DNA from: Octopus bimaculoides
Taxonomy: Eukaryota
Assembly (NCBI RefSeq): GCF_001194135.2
Contig: NC_068995.1
Location: forward strand, 16,036,405 to 16,100,404
Direction: 5' to 3'
Length of the DNA stretch: 64,000 nucleotides
Shown here: positions 24,871-37,540 of the stretch, piece after piece
Numbering within the stretch: the first letter of the stretch is position 1
How the letters are laid out: the number at the start of each line of letters is the position of its first letter
Program-made: the position numbers and the translations under genes
Notes under the pieces: generated by a model
What the model saw: the letters and a program-made list of their open reading frames with translations, nothing else
Databases searched by the model: none
What the model was told of the DNA's origin: nothing

Positions 24871-25755
24871 TTAGGAAAAAAAAAACGCCAGAGGTTGCCA
24901 TTCGCCATGTTGCTGAATGACTGCTCCGACGCCAATTTCGGATGCGTCGACTTCAAGAGAAATTTCGGCATCAGGAATAGGGTGAGTCAACATGGAGACA
25001 CGAAAGAGTTTCTGTTTAACATTGTCGAAAGCTTGTATTTCAGCAGGAGTTAAAGTGATCTTTTCTGTTCTCGTCTTGCAGTGTTGCAGCAATTTGTTGA
25101 GAGAGTATAAAGTTTCAGCACAATGATGTATAAAACGTCGATAGAAATGAGCTAATCCAAGAAATTGCCTGAGCTGTCTTAATGAAATAGGAACTGGAAT
25201 TTTTACGATAGCCTCAACCTTTTCTGGCAAAGGCCTAATTCCATCTTTATCAATGGCGTGTCCAAGGAAAGTGAGAGAAAGCACACTGAAAATACATTTG
25301 GTAGCGTTGATACGAGTTTTGTATTGAGAAAGTCTTTCGAAAAGTTGCTTCAAATCTCGTTCTTTTTCGGAAGAACTAGCCATGAGAAGATCACCAAAAT
25401 AGGCGAAAAGGAAATCTAATCCACGTATTACTTCATCAATGAAACGTTGAAAAGTACTGGCGGCGTCCTTTAACCCAAAGTGCATGGTAAGGAATTCAAA
25501 TGACCCGAATGGAGTTGTAATAGCCGTTTTCAGAATATCATTTGGGTTTACAGGAATCTGATGGTTTGCTCGATTTTCATCTTCAAGGCTGAAATCTCCA
25601 CTTCTGAATTTTACAAACCATCTTCTGCAAGTTCTTTCATTCAAGCATTCTTTCCCATAAACTGAGTGTTTGTTTCTAGTCGATTCGGCTGCAGAGTTTC
25701 CTTTTTTGTACTCATAAAGCATTATGTGCCTCAAATACTCTTTGGATACTTCCAT
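24871..25755 (-). pseudogene. Chimeric ORF: mariner transposase N-terminal HTH fused in frame to Ty3/Gypsy RT and RNase H start
   Basis: ATG at 25755; MEVSKEYLRHIMLYEYKKG..RTCRRWFVKFRSGDFSLEDENR (25570-25755) continues into ANHQIPV..KTAITTPFGSFEF..FGLKDAASTFQRFID..YFGDLL..FLGH..LRQFLGLAHFYRRFI..EVDASEIGVGAV..WQPLAFF. Confidence 0.9.
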
Positions 25756-26799
25756 GTTAGAAAGGATTTTAATCAAAGAAATTTTAATTCTATTATTCTG
25801 TAAAATAATATTTAATTAGTTTAAATGTACACAAATACATAAAAATAGTTTTAAATTCCATTAGACATTCTAAAATCCTATTAAAATTCATTCAATTTAA
25901 AGCAAATTACATATTGCATCATGTGATTTCAGCATAAATTGCGCTTTCCTGGTAGCAGGAACCCTACCACCGAATGCTAGGTTGAAAGTCCTATAAAGCG
26001 GTTTAGTTGAACACCAGTTCTACAGATTTTCGCTTTGGCATACGGTGATTGGATGTGTTTTGCTGAGCAAGCGGTATTTACACTGGGGCTGACGAAAATT
26101 TCGTTTGCAGATGTTATCTGTGCTTTTGTAGCATTTTCCGTCGATATGAGATGATTACCGCAGCTTCCGGCGTTATACCCAACGCGTTCATTACAAAGGC
26201 TGCTTCTTTTGCTAAATGATGATGAGATAAGATAATGCAGATGGATATATATACTGTAACATCCAATTGTATAATCAATGAGTGATGCAGAACAGTTTAT
26301 AGAGCAGTAATCCGGATGTAGGCGCAGAAAAATGTTTTAAATAAGTACATTATTAACTATCTAGTAGTTGATTTATTTAACTGTAGTCTCTGTAGATAAA
26401 TCTGAGTTTATAAACATCTGTAGCTAGTTAGAATTTATTTTAAACAACATGGATATACTAGAAATAAACAAATTCTTCAAATCAGTTGAGCTTGTTCTTA
26501 CTGTTCTCAGCCGTTTTAAAGGTGTCTATCGCAATCAGAAACCCCAGGAGTGAAGTGAAGTTGTTGAGTTTTCTTATCGTGTTTGAAATTAAGCAGAACA
26601 GTTTAGCCTTGTGTTAACGTTTTGATTTGCTTGGCTCAAGGACACTTTGATAAGTAAATAATTCGGTACATGTAAAAGCCTTTTTATCTATGCTTGTGAA
26701 ACTAAAGTCATGTGAATGTTGCAGTTAATGGAAGGTTTAATGTGAAGAGCACCACTGCAAATATTATTGTGTCGCTAATATGCACTTGTTTTCAGGGAG

Positions 26800-26843
<44 letters not shown>

Positions 26844-27469
26844 CAGAGAAGGAGAGAGGGAGTAGGAATAAAAAGGAAGTAAAATTTTGGCATTACAATA
26901 TGTTCTACCACAAAAATTACATTAAAACCCCATCTTTTTTAACGATAAAATGTGACAATACGTGTTGGTAAATAAAAAAGTGAAATTACTATTGTATCGT
27001 CTTTGAGTGCTAGAAGTATTCCATTATCAATTTTAGTATTACGAATTCTAGTTTATGGTTATTCTATGCGCTTAGCATGGTTGTTTACAGTTCCAATAAA
27101 ATAGACCACCCAGAAACAACACTGCACCAGTTTTATTCTGCTGCACGTATTTTTTTTAAAAATAGGAGTTAATGCATCATAGCTTGCAGATAAGAAATAG
27201 ACATCTGTTAAGTGCATGATAAAAGATTTGTTGTGAATGATTTAACTAAGAATGTTTAGGGTCACAGCTTGAAGATAGTGAAGACAACAGTCAATAAGCT
27301 CTCATAGAATAAAATAAACAAAACAAAATATATAGATAAATGTATAAACATTTCGGGGGCAAATACACATTACTGGGTTAAAATTTCAATAATTATTTAG
27401 TTTGGATTTTCTACCCTATTAGAAGGAGCGAACAAGTATTTCTGAAATCTCTTTTGCTTCCCTGCCAAA

Positions 27470-27582
27470 TGGTTCTAGGATCAGTCCCAGTGCTTGGTAC
27501 CTCGGCTAAGTGTGCTTTACTATTGCTCTACTATTGACCAAAGGCTTGTGACTGAATTTGGTAGACGGAAACTGAAAGATCA

Positions 27583-27638
<56 letters not shown>

Positions 27639-27978
27639 NNNNNNNNNNNNNNNNNNNNNNNNNNNNNNNNNNNNNNNNNNNNNNNNNNNNNNNNNNNNNN
27701 NNNNNNNNNNNNNNNNNNNNNNNNNNNNNNNNNNNNNNNNNNNNNNNNNNNNNNNNNNNNNNNNNNNNNNNNNNNNNNNNNNNNNNNNNNNNNNNNNNNN
27801 NNNNNNNNNNNNNNNNNNNNNNNNNNNNNNNNNNNNNNNNNNNNNNNNNNNNNNNNNNNNNNNNNNNNNNNNNNNNNNNNNNNNNNNNNNNNNNNNNNNN
27901 NNNNNNNNNNNNNNNNNNNNNNNNNNNNNNNNNNNNNNNNNNNNNNNNNNNNNNNNNNNNNNNNNNNNNNNNNNNNNN

Positions 27979-28012
<34 letters not shown>

Positions 28013-28330
28013 CATACATGCATACAAAAATATACCTACCTACCTACCTAACTACCTACCTACCTACCTACCTACCTACCTACATACATACATACATACA
28101 TACATATATAAATGTATCTAAGTATGCGTGTATGTATATGTGTATCTACGTCTGCGTTTGTTTATTTACGTCTCCGTAAATAGCGGTCCGGTAAAAAAGG
28201 GATCGATAGAGTAAGTACTAAACTTTCTCTTCGTAAAAAAATACTAGGGACGATTTATTCGACTGAACACTTCAAGGTTGTGCTGCAGTATGGCCACAGT
28301 CTAATGTACCAAACAAGTAAGGCATAAAAG
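27470..28330 (+). mobile_element. SINE family A copy with expanded internal microsatellite and gap
   Basis: Head/CORE-like part at 27470-27582, tail part at 28150-28330, (CA)n-N-(TA)n-(CCTA)n between. Confidence 0.7.
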
Positions 28331-29839
28331 ATAAATAGTACAATGTAGTCATAGATACACGGAGTCTGAGAGCAAGATGAAATGGTCATAGTCGGAATTA
28401 CTTAGAGCACAAGTATGTTCGATCAGCAATGACTTGAGGTTAAGCAACAGAATTAAGAAACGTTGTTTCTACGAAAAAGTCGAAGTTTATAGGAGCCAGG
28501 GAAGTGTGGTAATTCAATTCACAAAGGTCTCTACTAGGTATATTATTTCTTGTACTCTTGTTCTAAATCTTAAGTGTTCTAGCTCTTAATTTTCAATATT
28601 TTTGCCCAGTTAGATATACACAAATTGTTCTAGATATGGCAATACTCACCGAGGATAGTTGCGGCATCCTTTATATTCGAGGCTGACGCGTATTTAAACA
28701 GCTTGCTTTTTGATGTTCTGGTTCTCTCATAAATGTTGTATAGAGAGTTATGAGATCTGTGAGACATACCATGAACAAACACGTTATCAACGTATCCAAT
28801 AATTATACAACTACGCAATGTGATATAAAATGCATAATTCTGGTTTTAATGAAGCCACATATTCTAAGATGTTATGAAGCAGTATATTTCTTGTAGATAC
28901 CATGATTGATGACGAACTTTCCGCTTCTATTATAGATCATTCTTCGTAATGAGAAACGCTTTTATGAGAATCAAATGCTTGCTATTTTCATAATGCATTA
29001 CTATAAATAAACGAAACGAAAATCAAATCTAGAACCTAAAATGAGAAAGTAACACATGAGAAAATATTTTAGAGCGTGAAGCCTTTACTGGTTGATCTGG
29101 GTTTTACACAACACCAATATAGTCGCCATGTTGGTCACGTTACAAGTGTTAGTTTTCTTTCCTTTTTAAATTTTTTTCGACAAGGGGGAAAATGTATCCT
29201 GTAGAAATTTCACGATTATTTTGAAATTATATTCTTTCCAGTGTTTGAAGACATTGAGGCTAGTAATGTGTAAATTCCATATTGTAGTAATGAAAGGTAC
29301 AATCTTTGAAAACTATATTCTTTGTTAGACATTTCTTACCTTTCTACCTTGAGTGTTACTTTCATCTTTGCGAAAAGAGTTTTACATATTGTAAAAAGTA
29401 CTATGAGATAAACATAGATTCATCTTGTCGATGTCGCCAACAAATGCTAATTCGAAGACTACAGTTCTAATCCATTACTAGAACTGTAAAAATCTGTAAA
29501 ACTTTCCGGAAGTTTATTATTTAAATATATATGAGCATGTATAGATATTCAACAGTATGCATGACAATACATGCATAAAGCAAAACACACAAATCTGCAC
29601 ATATACATACATACATACCTACATACAAAAATACCCTGTTGTTGATGTTGAGATTCCAATGAAGGAGCCTTGGATCTAGGAGCCGGCTCTTTCTCTATTG
29701 GCAAGAAATCTTGAAGTAAAACTGAACAATGATATATATACATACATACACACACACAAACACACACAACCACTCACACACACATACTCACACACACACA
29801 CACACACATACACATATACAAATGGACGTAACAATTATC

Positions 29840-30345
29840 TGTTACTTGTTTCAGTTAACAGACTGCGGCCAAGCTGCAGCACAGCCTGGAGGAGTTTGAG
29901 CCGAAAGAATCGACCCTAACATTTATTTTGTTACGCCAGGTACTTATTCAATCGTTCTTTTTTTGTCGAACCGCAATTCACGGGGATTTCAGCAAACTAA
30001 CATCGTTGTCAAGCTGTGGAGGGAGAGAACACGGACACAGTAACACGCAAACACCGCTACACACTTGTAAATTCATACATACGTAGTAACACACAGATAG
30101 ACAGACAAACAGACAGACACACGCACACACGCACACACACACACACGCACACACACACACACGCACACACACACAAACAGAGGAAATATCTCTTTCAATT
30201 TCCGTCGACTAAATCCAGACACAAGGCTTTGGTTCGCCCGAGGTTATAGTAGACGTCACCTGACCAAGTTGCAGCGCAGTAGGACTGGACTCGCAGTCAT
30301 ATGGTTAAGGAGCAAATTTCTTACCGCAAAGCCACGCCTGGGCCT
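29840..30345 (-). mobile_element. SINE family A copy
   Basis: Reverse-complement similarity across both halves. Confidence 0.8.
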
Positions 30346-30510
30346 ATATATATGTGTCTGAGTGTGTGTATGTGTGTATGTATGTATCTATATAAGTGTG
30401 GATATACGTATATATATACGTATACATATATATATGTAGAGAGAGAGAGAGAGATTGATAGATAGAAAGATTGATATATAGATACAGACATGCGTGTACA
30501 TCTCTCTGTC

Positions 30511-30551
<41 letters not shown>

Positions 30552-31454
30552 TTATGTATCTAAGAAGATCACTTCATTCAAAATCATATATTTCCCAGTC
30601 ACTTGTCATGAGGATATTATAGATATGATTTTTGTGTCTATAGTGGAAGTTGTCTTAAATTTTTAGATTTTGTTCAATAATTTTTCACGAAATTCTCTTT
30701 CGTGTAAATATTTTGTGTATAATAGATTATGTCCCCGATTTTGTTCCATAGTTTACCAGTCAGTTGTATTAGGAATAATATAAGTCTGAGAGATATACTA
30801 GATTATGTTTGCTATAATGTTGTTAGCAACATAAACAGTATCAAACTATTATTTAAAATTTCTCAATAAATTCTTAAAGATATTAACGGATTATTAAACC
30901 TGAAATGTTGAATCTATATATTTCTCCCTCTTATCAAAATCAGTGAAGATGCCAACATTTAAATCCAATTATATTCCACTAATTAGATTAACGTAAACTA
31001 ATGGGATTTTTTCACAGGTAAAAGATACCAGATGCATTGCATTACAATAATTTATAAACAAAAACAACTACAAGGGAAATTTTTGTAACCATAAATTACC
31101 TGTTGTATCTATCTATATTCATATATTTTTTTATAATATTCAGAGAAAAACAACTTGATTTTCTCTTTTAAATGTAACATGATCCCCGTCTGAACAACAT
31201 GTCATATTTCGAATATAATAAGGAAAATATTAAAAAGTTGCATTCCAATAGGATAATTAAACAAGATTTGATGTTTACAAAAATGACAGTTTGCATAACT
31301 ATTATTTTATCTGTAACAAACGATCACAAATAAAAATAACCCTTATTATATCAGTTTAAAATAGATTTGTTGGAGTAAAAAATCGAAAGGGAGAGGGAGA
31401 ATGCTTTCCTGCTGTTTAGTGACATTCTGTTTGCATTCTAAGTTCAAATTTTGC

Positions 31455-31626
31455 CAAAAGTGTCTTGCAGTTCTATATTTGAACGATGAGGAATGATGTA
31501 CATTATTTACATTTGACGGATATTTGTCTTCATCTTGTTTGTTGTTAACACAACGTTTCGGCTGATATACCCTCCAGCCTTCTTCAGGTGTCTTGGGGAA
31601 ATTTCGAACCTAGGTTTTCATTCCTA
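31455..31626 (-). mobile_element. Small hammerhead-bearing repeat (Penelope pLTR / retrozyme-like)
   Basis: Second copy at about 52065-52238; contains the hammerhead at 31547-31592. Confidence 0.75.
31547..31592 (-). ncRNA. Minimal type I hammerhead ribozyme motif
   Basis: GACAC-CUGAAGA-A-GGCUG(GAGGGUAUAU)CAGCC-GAAAC-GUU-GUGUU: stem I GACAC/GUGUU, 5-bp stem II, palindromic AACGUU stem III. Confidence 0.8.
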
Positions 31627-33374
31627 GTTTAATATTAGACCCGATTGAAACATTTTATACCTATTCCAAAAATCTTGTGCATAAGTTAGAACTTACCTTG
31701 TCTGTGGCAAGCAATCGAAAATAACACGTATTATCTCAAGTGAAAATAAAAAAAGTATATTTTTCAGAGATATTTTCTATAATAATTATGACAGACAATA
31801 ATCTTTCACAATGCACTTATAAAAATTATTATGAGTGATGAATTTTTTTCCAAGAAGGTGTCCACTATTGTTATCAAAGTGATCCCAAAGAAACCTCCGG
31901 TGGTTGAAGAGTATTTTAGAAGGAAATTCTGAATGGATTTAGGATCCATTTCACTCATATTTACGAAAATTTACTAAATCGTTTTATTTTTCTTTATGAT
32001 TTCATATGCAGAGTAATGAATAATTTCCATATCTTTTAAATATTCAAGAGCCAGGCATTCTATTCAATAAAATCACGACACATGATTATTCTTGTTGTCT
32101 GTACAGGTCATAGCCTAACTTGTGTTCCTTGTTTTCATATCGCCTGACGTTTGTGTGAACAATTTGGGAGTTTTCAGTGTATTCCTAAGTACAAAAACCC
32201 TGTTTCTAAATTGTGCTGAAAGCCTTCCATTAATTTTGCCTCCGTAACACATATTCAATCAACACCACTAAGGATCACTGAACACCGTTTAAAGACATTA
32301 GCTTAAAGTTTCAATTTCAAATTTGAACTTGAAACTGCATTGAAGAAACTAAAGAGATATCACATCGAGTAATATGCTCTCAAGTGATTTTCAGACCAAA
32401 GGGAAAATTTACAGTAACTGCAGCGAGGATAATTAAAGATTCATGCAGCATTTCTTTGGTACAAACCTAAAGCTCACAAGCGGTGTTTAACGCAATAACA
32501 ACGGTATCTTGATGTTGAAAGTTAAAACAAGAAACTGATCTTTTAATCCAAATATGTTGCTGAGTGACTAAAGGGAGACAATGCATATTGACACGGATGT
32601 CACTTCTTTCAGATACTCCTACAAGTATGAAAATATTCTACTATGAACACTGAATTATTCATCAACAGAGATTTGATTTACCGTATTTTAATTTGTATAA
32701 GGAACTCCCTAATTTCTGGGGTTTAAAATTTGGAAAAAAATGGTTTTGTAAGGGATTATAATACTATCGATGTAAAAAAAAAAAACTCCCATATTTTTTT
32801 AACCTAATTTTTGACAAAACAAAAAAAGGGTTCCTTATACACGTTAACATACGGTATATATGGGGCAGAAATTCATTCAGCTGCGAGTTTGTAGCGTAGG
32901 AATGCGATGGCGATTCCATAATTAATTAATTTTAATAAATTAAAAATTAGAGGTTGTCTCTTCTACCCTCCGACCTTTATAAATTAGAAAACGATTGTTC
33001 TCAATCCTAAGGATATCTTTGAACTGAATTAAAATTACCTGACTTATTACATTCAGTATACTAGTGTCCATTTTATTACCATTAAGTTAAGTGAAGTATT
33101 TCACAAAAACGAGTAGTTTAGGGCATATCTTATTTTCTAAGTAACTTTATAGAGATACTTTATCGTTATAGCTATTTCAAGCGAAGGTTTGAAGATAAAT
33201 ATCGCCATAGAAGTAAAATTCTTCTAAGGATTAGATAAGAGCCGATCGTATGAAATATTTTCAGATATTCTGGTCTGCCACTTACTATCAAGAGTATGAT
33301 GAAGCTTAAAGTGAATTAACCTTGACTTGGTTTTTCGAATTGTAGATCAAATATATCTTCAATCTTTTATCTTA

Positions 33375-33853
33375 TACTTGTTTCGGCCATGTTGGTGCAC
33401 CACCTTGAAGAATTTTTTAGTCGAATGAATCGACACTAGTACTTTTTTTCTTAGCCTTCCACTGATTCTATCGGTCTCTTTTGCCAAACTACTAAACTAG
33501 GGGGATATAAACACACCAACACTGGTTGTGAAAGTGTGTTGAGGACAAACAAAGACATACACACATACACATACACACATTGAGATACACGCACACATAC
33601 AGAAACACATACACACATGCACAAACGCGCGCGCGCACACACATGCACGCATACACACACATGCACGCATGCACACACATGCACGCATACACACACATGC
33701 ACGCATACACACACATGCACGCATACACACACATAAAATTAGAAATATTACATTTCTAAATCTCTCAGAGAGACTTATACATTAACAGCACGATAAAGTG
33801 ATAGCAGTAGCATTCTTCCCTTTTCTGGACTGCCACATTAAGATGGCTACAAA

Positions 33854-33904
<51 letters not shown>

Positions 33905-34030
33905 CGACGAGATTCTTTCAGTTTATGTGTACTGCATCTTACCACAAAGATTCTATTCGGCCCAAAGCTATAGTTGAAAGCACTTGCTCAAGGTGCCCAA
34001 AGGTGCGACCGAACTCAGAAATCACGTAGA
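33375..34030 (-). mobile_element. SINE family A copy, expanded centre
   Basis: Tail at 33375-33560, head at 33900-34030, purine-pyrimidine repeats between. Confidence 0.7.
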
Positions 34031-35062
34031 AGACAAACTCTAAAGATAGTAACGACAAGGAGAACGGAGTATTGCATTCAAGAAAGGTCTACAATAGGCA
34101 TTATATTTCTGATTGTTCCCTGTTTCTGTGGAAAAGACGCGTAGCTCTCTTAATCCCAGTCCAGTTTGTGATATATAGTTTGTTCCAAACATCACAATAC
34201 TTATCTATGTAAGGAGCTAGAGAAAAACGCGCATTTAATCAGCTTGAATTCTTATGTTATAATCCATCCATGAGTGTTATCTAAAAGGATTCAACATCTG
34301 TGTTACGTAATAACCATATATAGAAAACACAGACTTCCAATTTCAAATCACAAAATATCCACACAACGTGTTATGAAATGCAACAATGCTGATTTTGATG
34401 AAGCCGCATATGCTAAGATGTAAAACGCTATACTTCTTGTAGATACCATGATTGATGACGGACTTTTCGCTTATGTAATAGATCATTCTTGAAAAAGAGC
34501 GATACTTTCATGAAAAGCTAATACAATCTATATTGTATCATGATATATTTGTTTAAACAAAAGCTTCTAATCCAACCAATAGCATTATCAAGTTCACACT
34601 TGAGAAAATATTTCAGAAAGCCAAGCATTCATTGGATGATTCGAACGTTTCAAGCCACTAATATATTCTAAACACTGCACCAGTTCATTTTGTATTCAAA
34701 TTTTCTGGGAAAAGAAAATTAAAATTGTAGAATATTTATAATTTTTCCATTAATATTTCATAAGGTTCATTACTAACGAAATAAATGTACACACACACAC
34801 ATACACACACACACACATGTGCGCACGCATGCGCACTAGCATACACAGACGCCTATATAGGCGAATTTTGTCAACGAATTCAATGTGAGTTTTTGGAATT
34901 AATTATATATTAGCTTACCTAATTATATTTAAGTGAGCTAAAGAAATTTACGAGGTAATAAGTTAGGAGATTGTGCGAATTTCATTTCATTTCTGAAAAA
35001 GAATCGATAAGACAACTTCGAATGCAATAAAATTTTAAACTTTTTGCCGAGTACACGTATCC

Positions 35063-35265
35063 ATGCCTTAAAATATTCAGAACGTAACTTTATCAGGTGA
35101 AATAATAAATACTTTTGTTTCTGTAATACCTGTTGGATGCACATAGTTATGCCTTAATGTATTCAGAATATAACTTCATTAGCTGAGACAAGAAATACTT
35201 CTGTCATACCCACTGTATGTATTGAGTTATGTCTTGAATATTCAGAAAATAACTTCATTTTGTAT
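35063..35265. repeat. Diverged tandem repeat, about 82-bp unit, about 2.5 copies
   Basis: Recurrent atg(c/t)ctt..atattcagaa..taactt at about 35063, 35148 and 35229. Confidence 0.7.
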
Positions 35266-36766
35266 TCTGAAACTAATGCGATTACTATTCTAGCAACGTG
35301 TCATACTCTGCTCAAAACAAGAAAAATCTCAATAGATAGTTTTCCTTAGGGATAATTTAAACAAGGACTGATGTTTCAAAGATGACATTTTCCTTCACTA
35401 TTATTGGTTTGTGACAAGCAATCGCAAATATTACGTGTCATATCAGGTTTAAAATGGCGGTGTATGTGCAGAATTAATAGCATAACGTACAAAATGTCTT
35501 CCAGCAATGTTTAATAAAGTACCTTTACGTTCAAATCCATGTATTTTGAAATTTTTTGACACACTTATAGATTCTTAAAACTAAACGAGTACATCGACCA
35601 CGTCCATTTCCAAAATGTATGGTGTTGTGCATGAGTTGGAATTTATTATGTTGTATGTAACGAACAATAAACTAACTCGCATTAGATGGCGTTTTCTCAT
35701 TTTCAAGAATGTTTGAAAAGTTTTTGAATCCCTCTGGCCGTTTAGGTAATGAGTTCCGTTAATTTCAATAACTCCTATTATATCAATTCAAAAACTCTGG
35801 TAAATGGATTGTCTCAGTAGAACGACTGATAAATTGCTTTACAAATATATAGTTATACTCTTTCACATTCTGAGTTCAAATCTACTCGAGGTTGAATTTG
35901 GATTTCACAAACCCAGTACTTATAAATTAAGTTCCAGTTTTGTACCAACATTGATGCAATCGACTGTGTTCATTCCCAAAATATTCACATCTGTGTATAA
36001 GGTAGAGATCAATACTATCCTGTATGTGACGAGTAATCAAATATAAAACTTATACCTCGTCATTTCTACGACGTCAAGAATGTTTCTCTTTCTACAATCG
36101 CTAGTGAGTTTGATAAATGTGATGACAGAGACTTAAGATCAATAAACACAATACTCGGTCTTTAAAGTTCTTGTATCCATTACACACAATAATTTAAAAA
36201 ATCGAATGCCTCTCTAATTACAGATAAGCCATCTAATTACAGAGTGTTGCCACTGCTGCAGTCACTTTCGGTCTGCCAGGTTGCCTTCACGTCCTACATA
36301 AACAGCGATGTCTTGATCAACATGGGAATTAAATGACTAGTTTGAATTTGAGCCACAAGATTTACTACTGTTGATCTAATAATTCCGTTCAGCCAATACA
36401 AACGCATGGCTACTGATTTATTTATAAAGCTGACAGGATAAAAAGCAAACTGTTAACCCGGTTGCAGTTTGAAATGAGAAGACAGAGAGCCGGAACTAAT
36501 ACCACAAGTTATTCTAAATGACTCTGGTCACTGTACACTTTACATATTTTTCATAGCTTTCAAATGATGACAACCCGTTAGCAAGGCAGGTAAGCTAACT
36601 TACCCCTTGAATGGAATGACAGTTCGTTGCAATACTTTCCATTTAAAGTTGAGTGAACTGCAACAATATGAAATAAACACAATACACACTCAGTCTGGGA
36701 AATGGAAACCACATGCACATACATGCTCTCTTATACAGACGCACGTGCACCTTCGTTTTGGGATTA

Positions 36767-36843
<77 letters not shown>

Positions 36844-37246
36844 NNNNNNNNNNNNNNNNNNNNNNNNNNNNNNNNNNNNNNNNNNNNNNNNNNNNNNNNN
36901 NNNNNNNNNNNNNNNNNNNNNNNNNTATATATATATATATATGAGTGAGGAGTCTAGTAGTCTAACGCAAGTTTTGTATGAGCATGTATATGTTAAATAA
37001 CATGAGACAACAAAGCCAAGGCTGTGTGGAACTTTTAAGACATTTATAAAGATAAAGTTAGTCTGAAGGCTGTTTCTGGGACGATATGAGATGGTTACAA
37101 GGAGGGAAATAGCAAAGTTGTGGTGTGAATGAAATTTTGAGTATATAGTGGTAGTAGATGGTGTATTTGTAATTACATAAAGTGTGCGCAAACCAGGGAA
37201 TTGAGTGTATCTGTAAGCGACTTTATGCCAGTATGTGTAGTGACCC

Positions 37247-37315
37247 ATTTCTGTATGTGGTCTGGGGTATAATTTCTGTATGTGGCCTGGGGTATAATTT
37301 CTGTATGTGGCTTGG
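37247..37315. repeat. 25-bp minisatellite, about 2.7 copies
   Basis: atttctgtatgtgg(t/c)ctggggtata at 37247, 37272 and 37297. Confidence 0.95.
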
Positions 37316-37540
37316 GTTTCATTGAGGGCCTCATCTGGACCTTGTGTAGCGTCAATAGTTATCGGGGTGGGGATGAGTTTCTTCTGTGCCTGAAGAGAAG
37401 AGCTAATCTATGGGATAAGGTTCTAGCTATGTTAAGGATGTGCTTGTGCCATAAGAGAATCTCGCGGATTGTGAATGATTTCAAGCGAAGTATTTTGAGT
37501 GCTCTGAGTGCTACTCCTGGCTCATCGAGATGTAGTGCAG
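37316..37540 (-). mobile_element. CR1/Jockey-type LINE RT C-terminal fragment
   Basis: LWHKHILNIARTLSHRLALLFRHRRNSSPPR*LLTLHKVQMRPSM. Confidence 0.7.

Noticed and set aside
28897-28949. Plus-strand terminal exon TMIDDELSASIIDHSS* (paralogue at 34443)
   Set aside because: All four codon differences between copies are non-synonymous in this frame; the minus-strand reading fits better, though neither is proven
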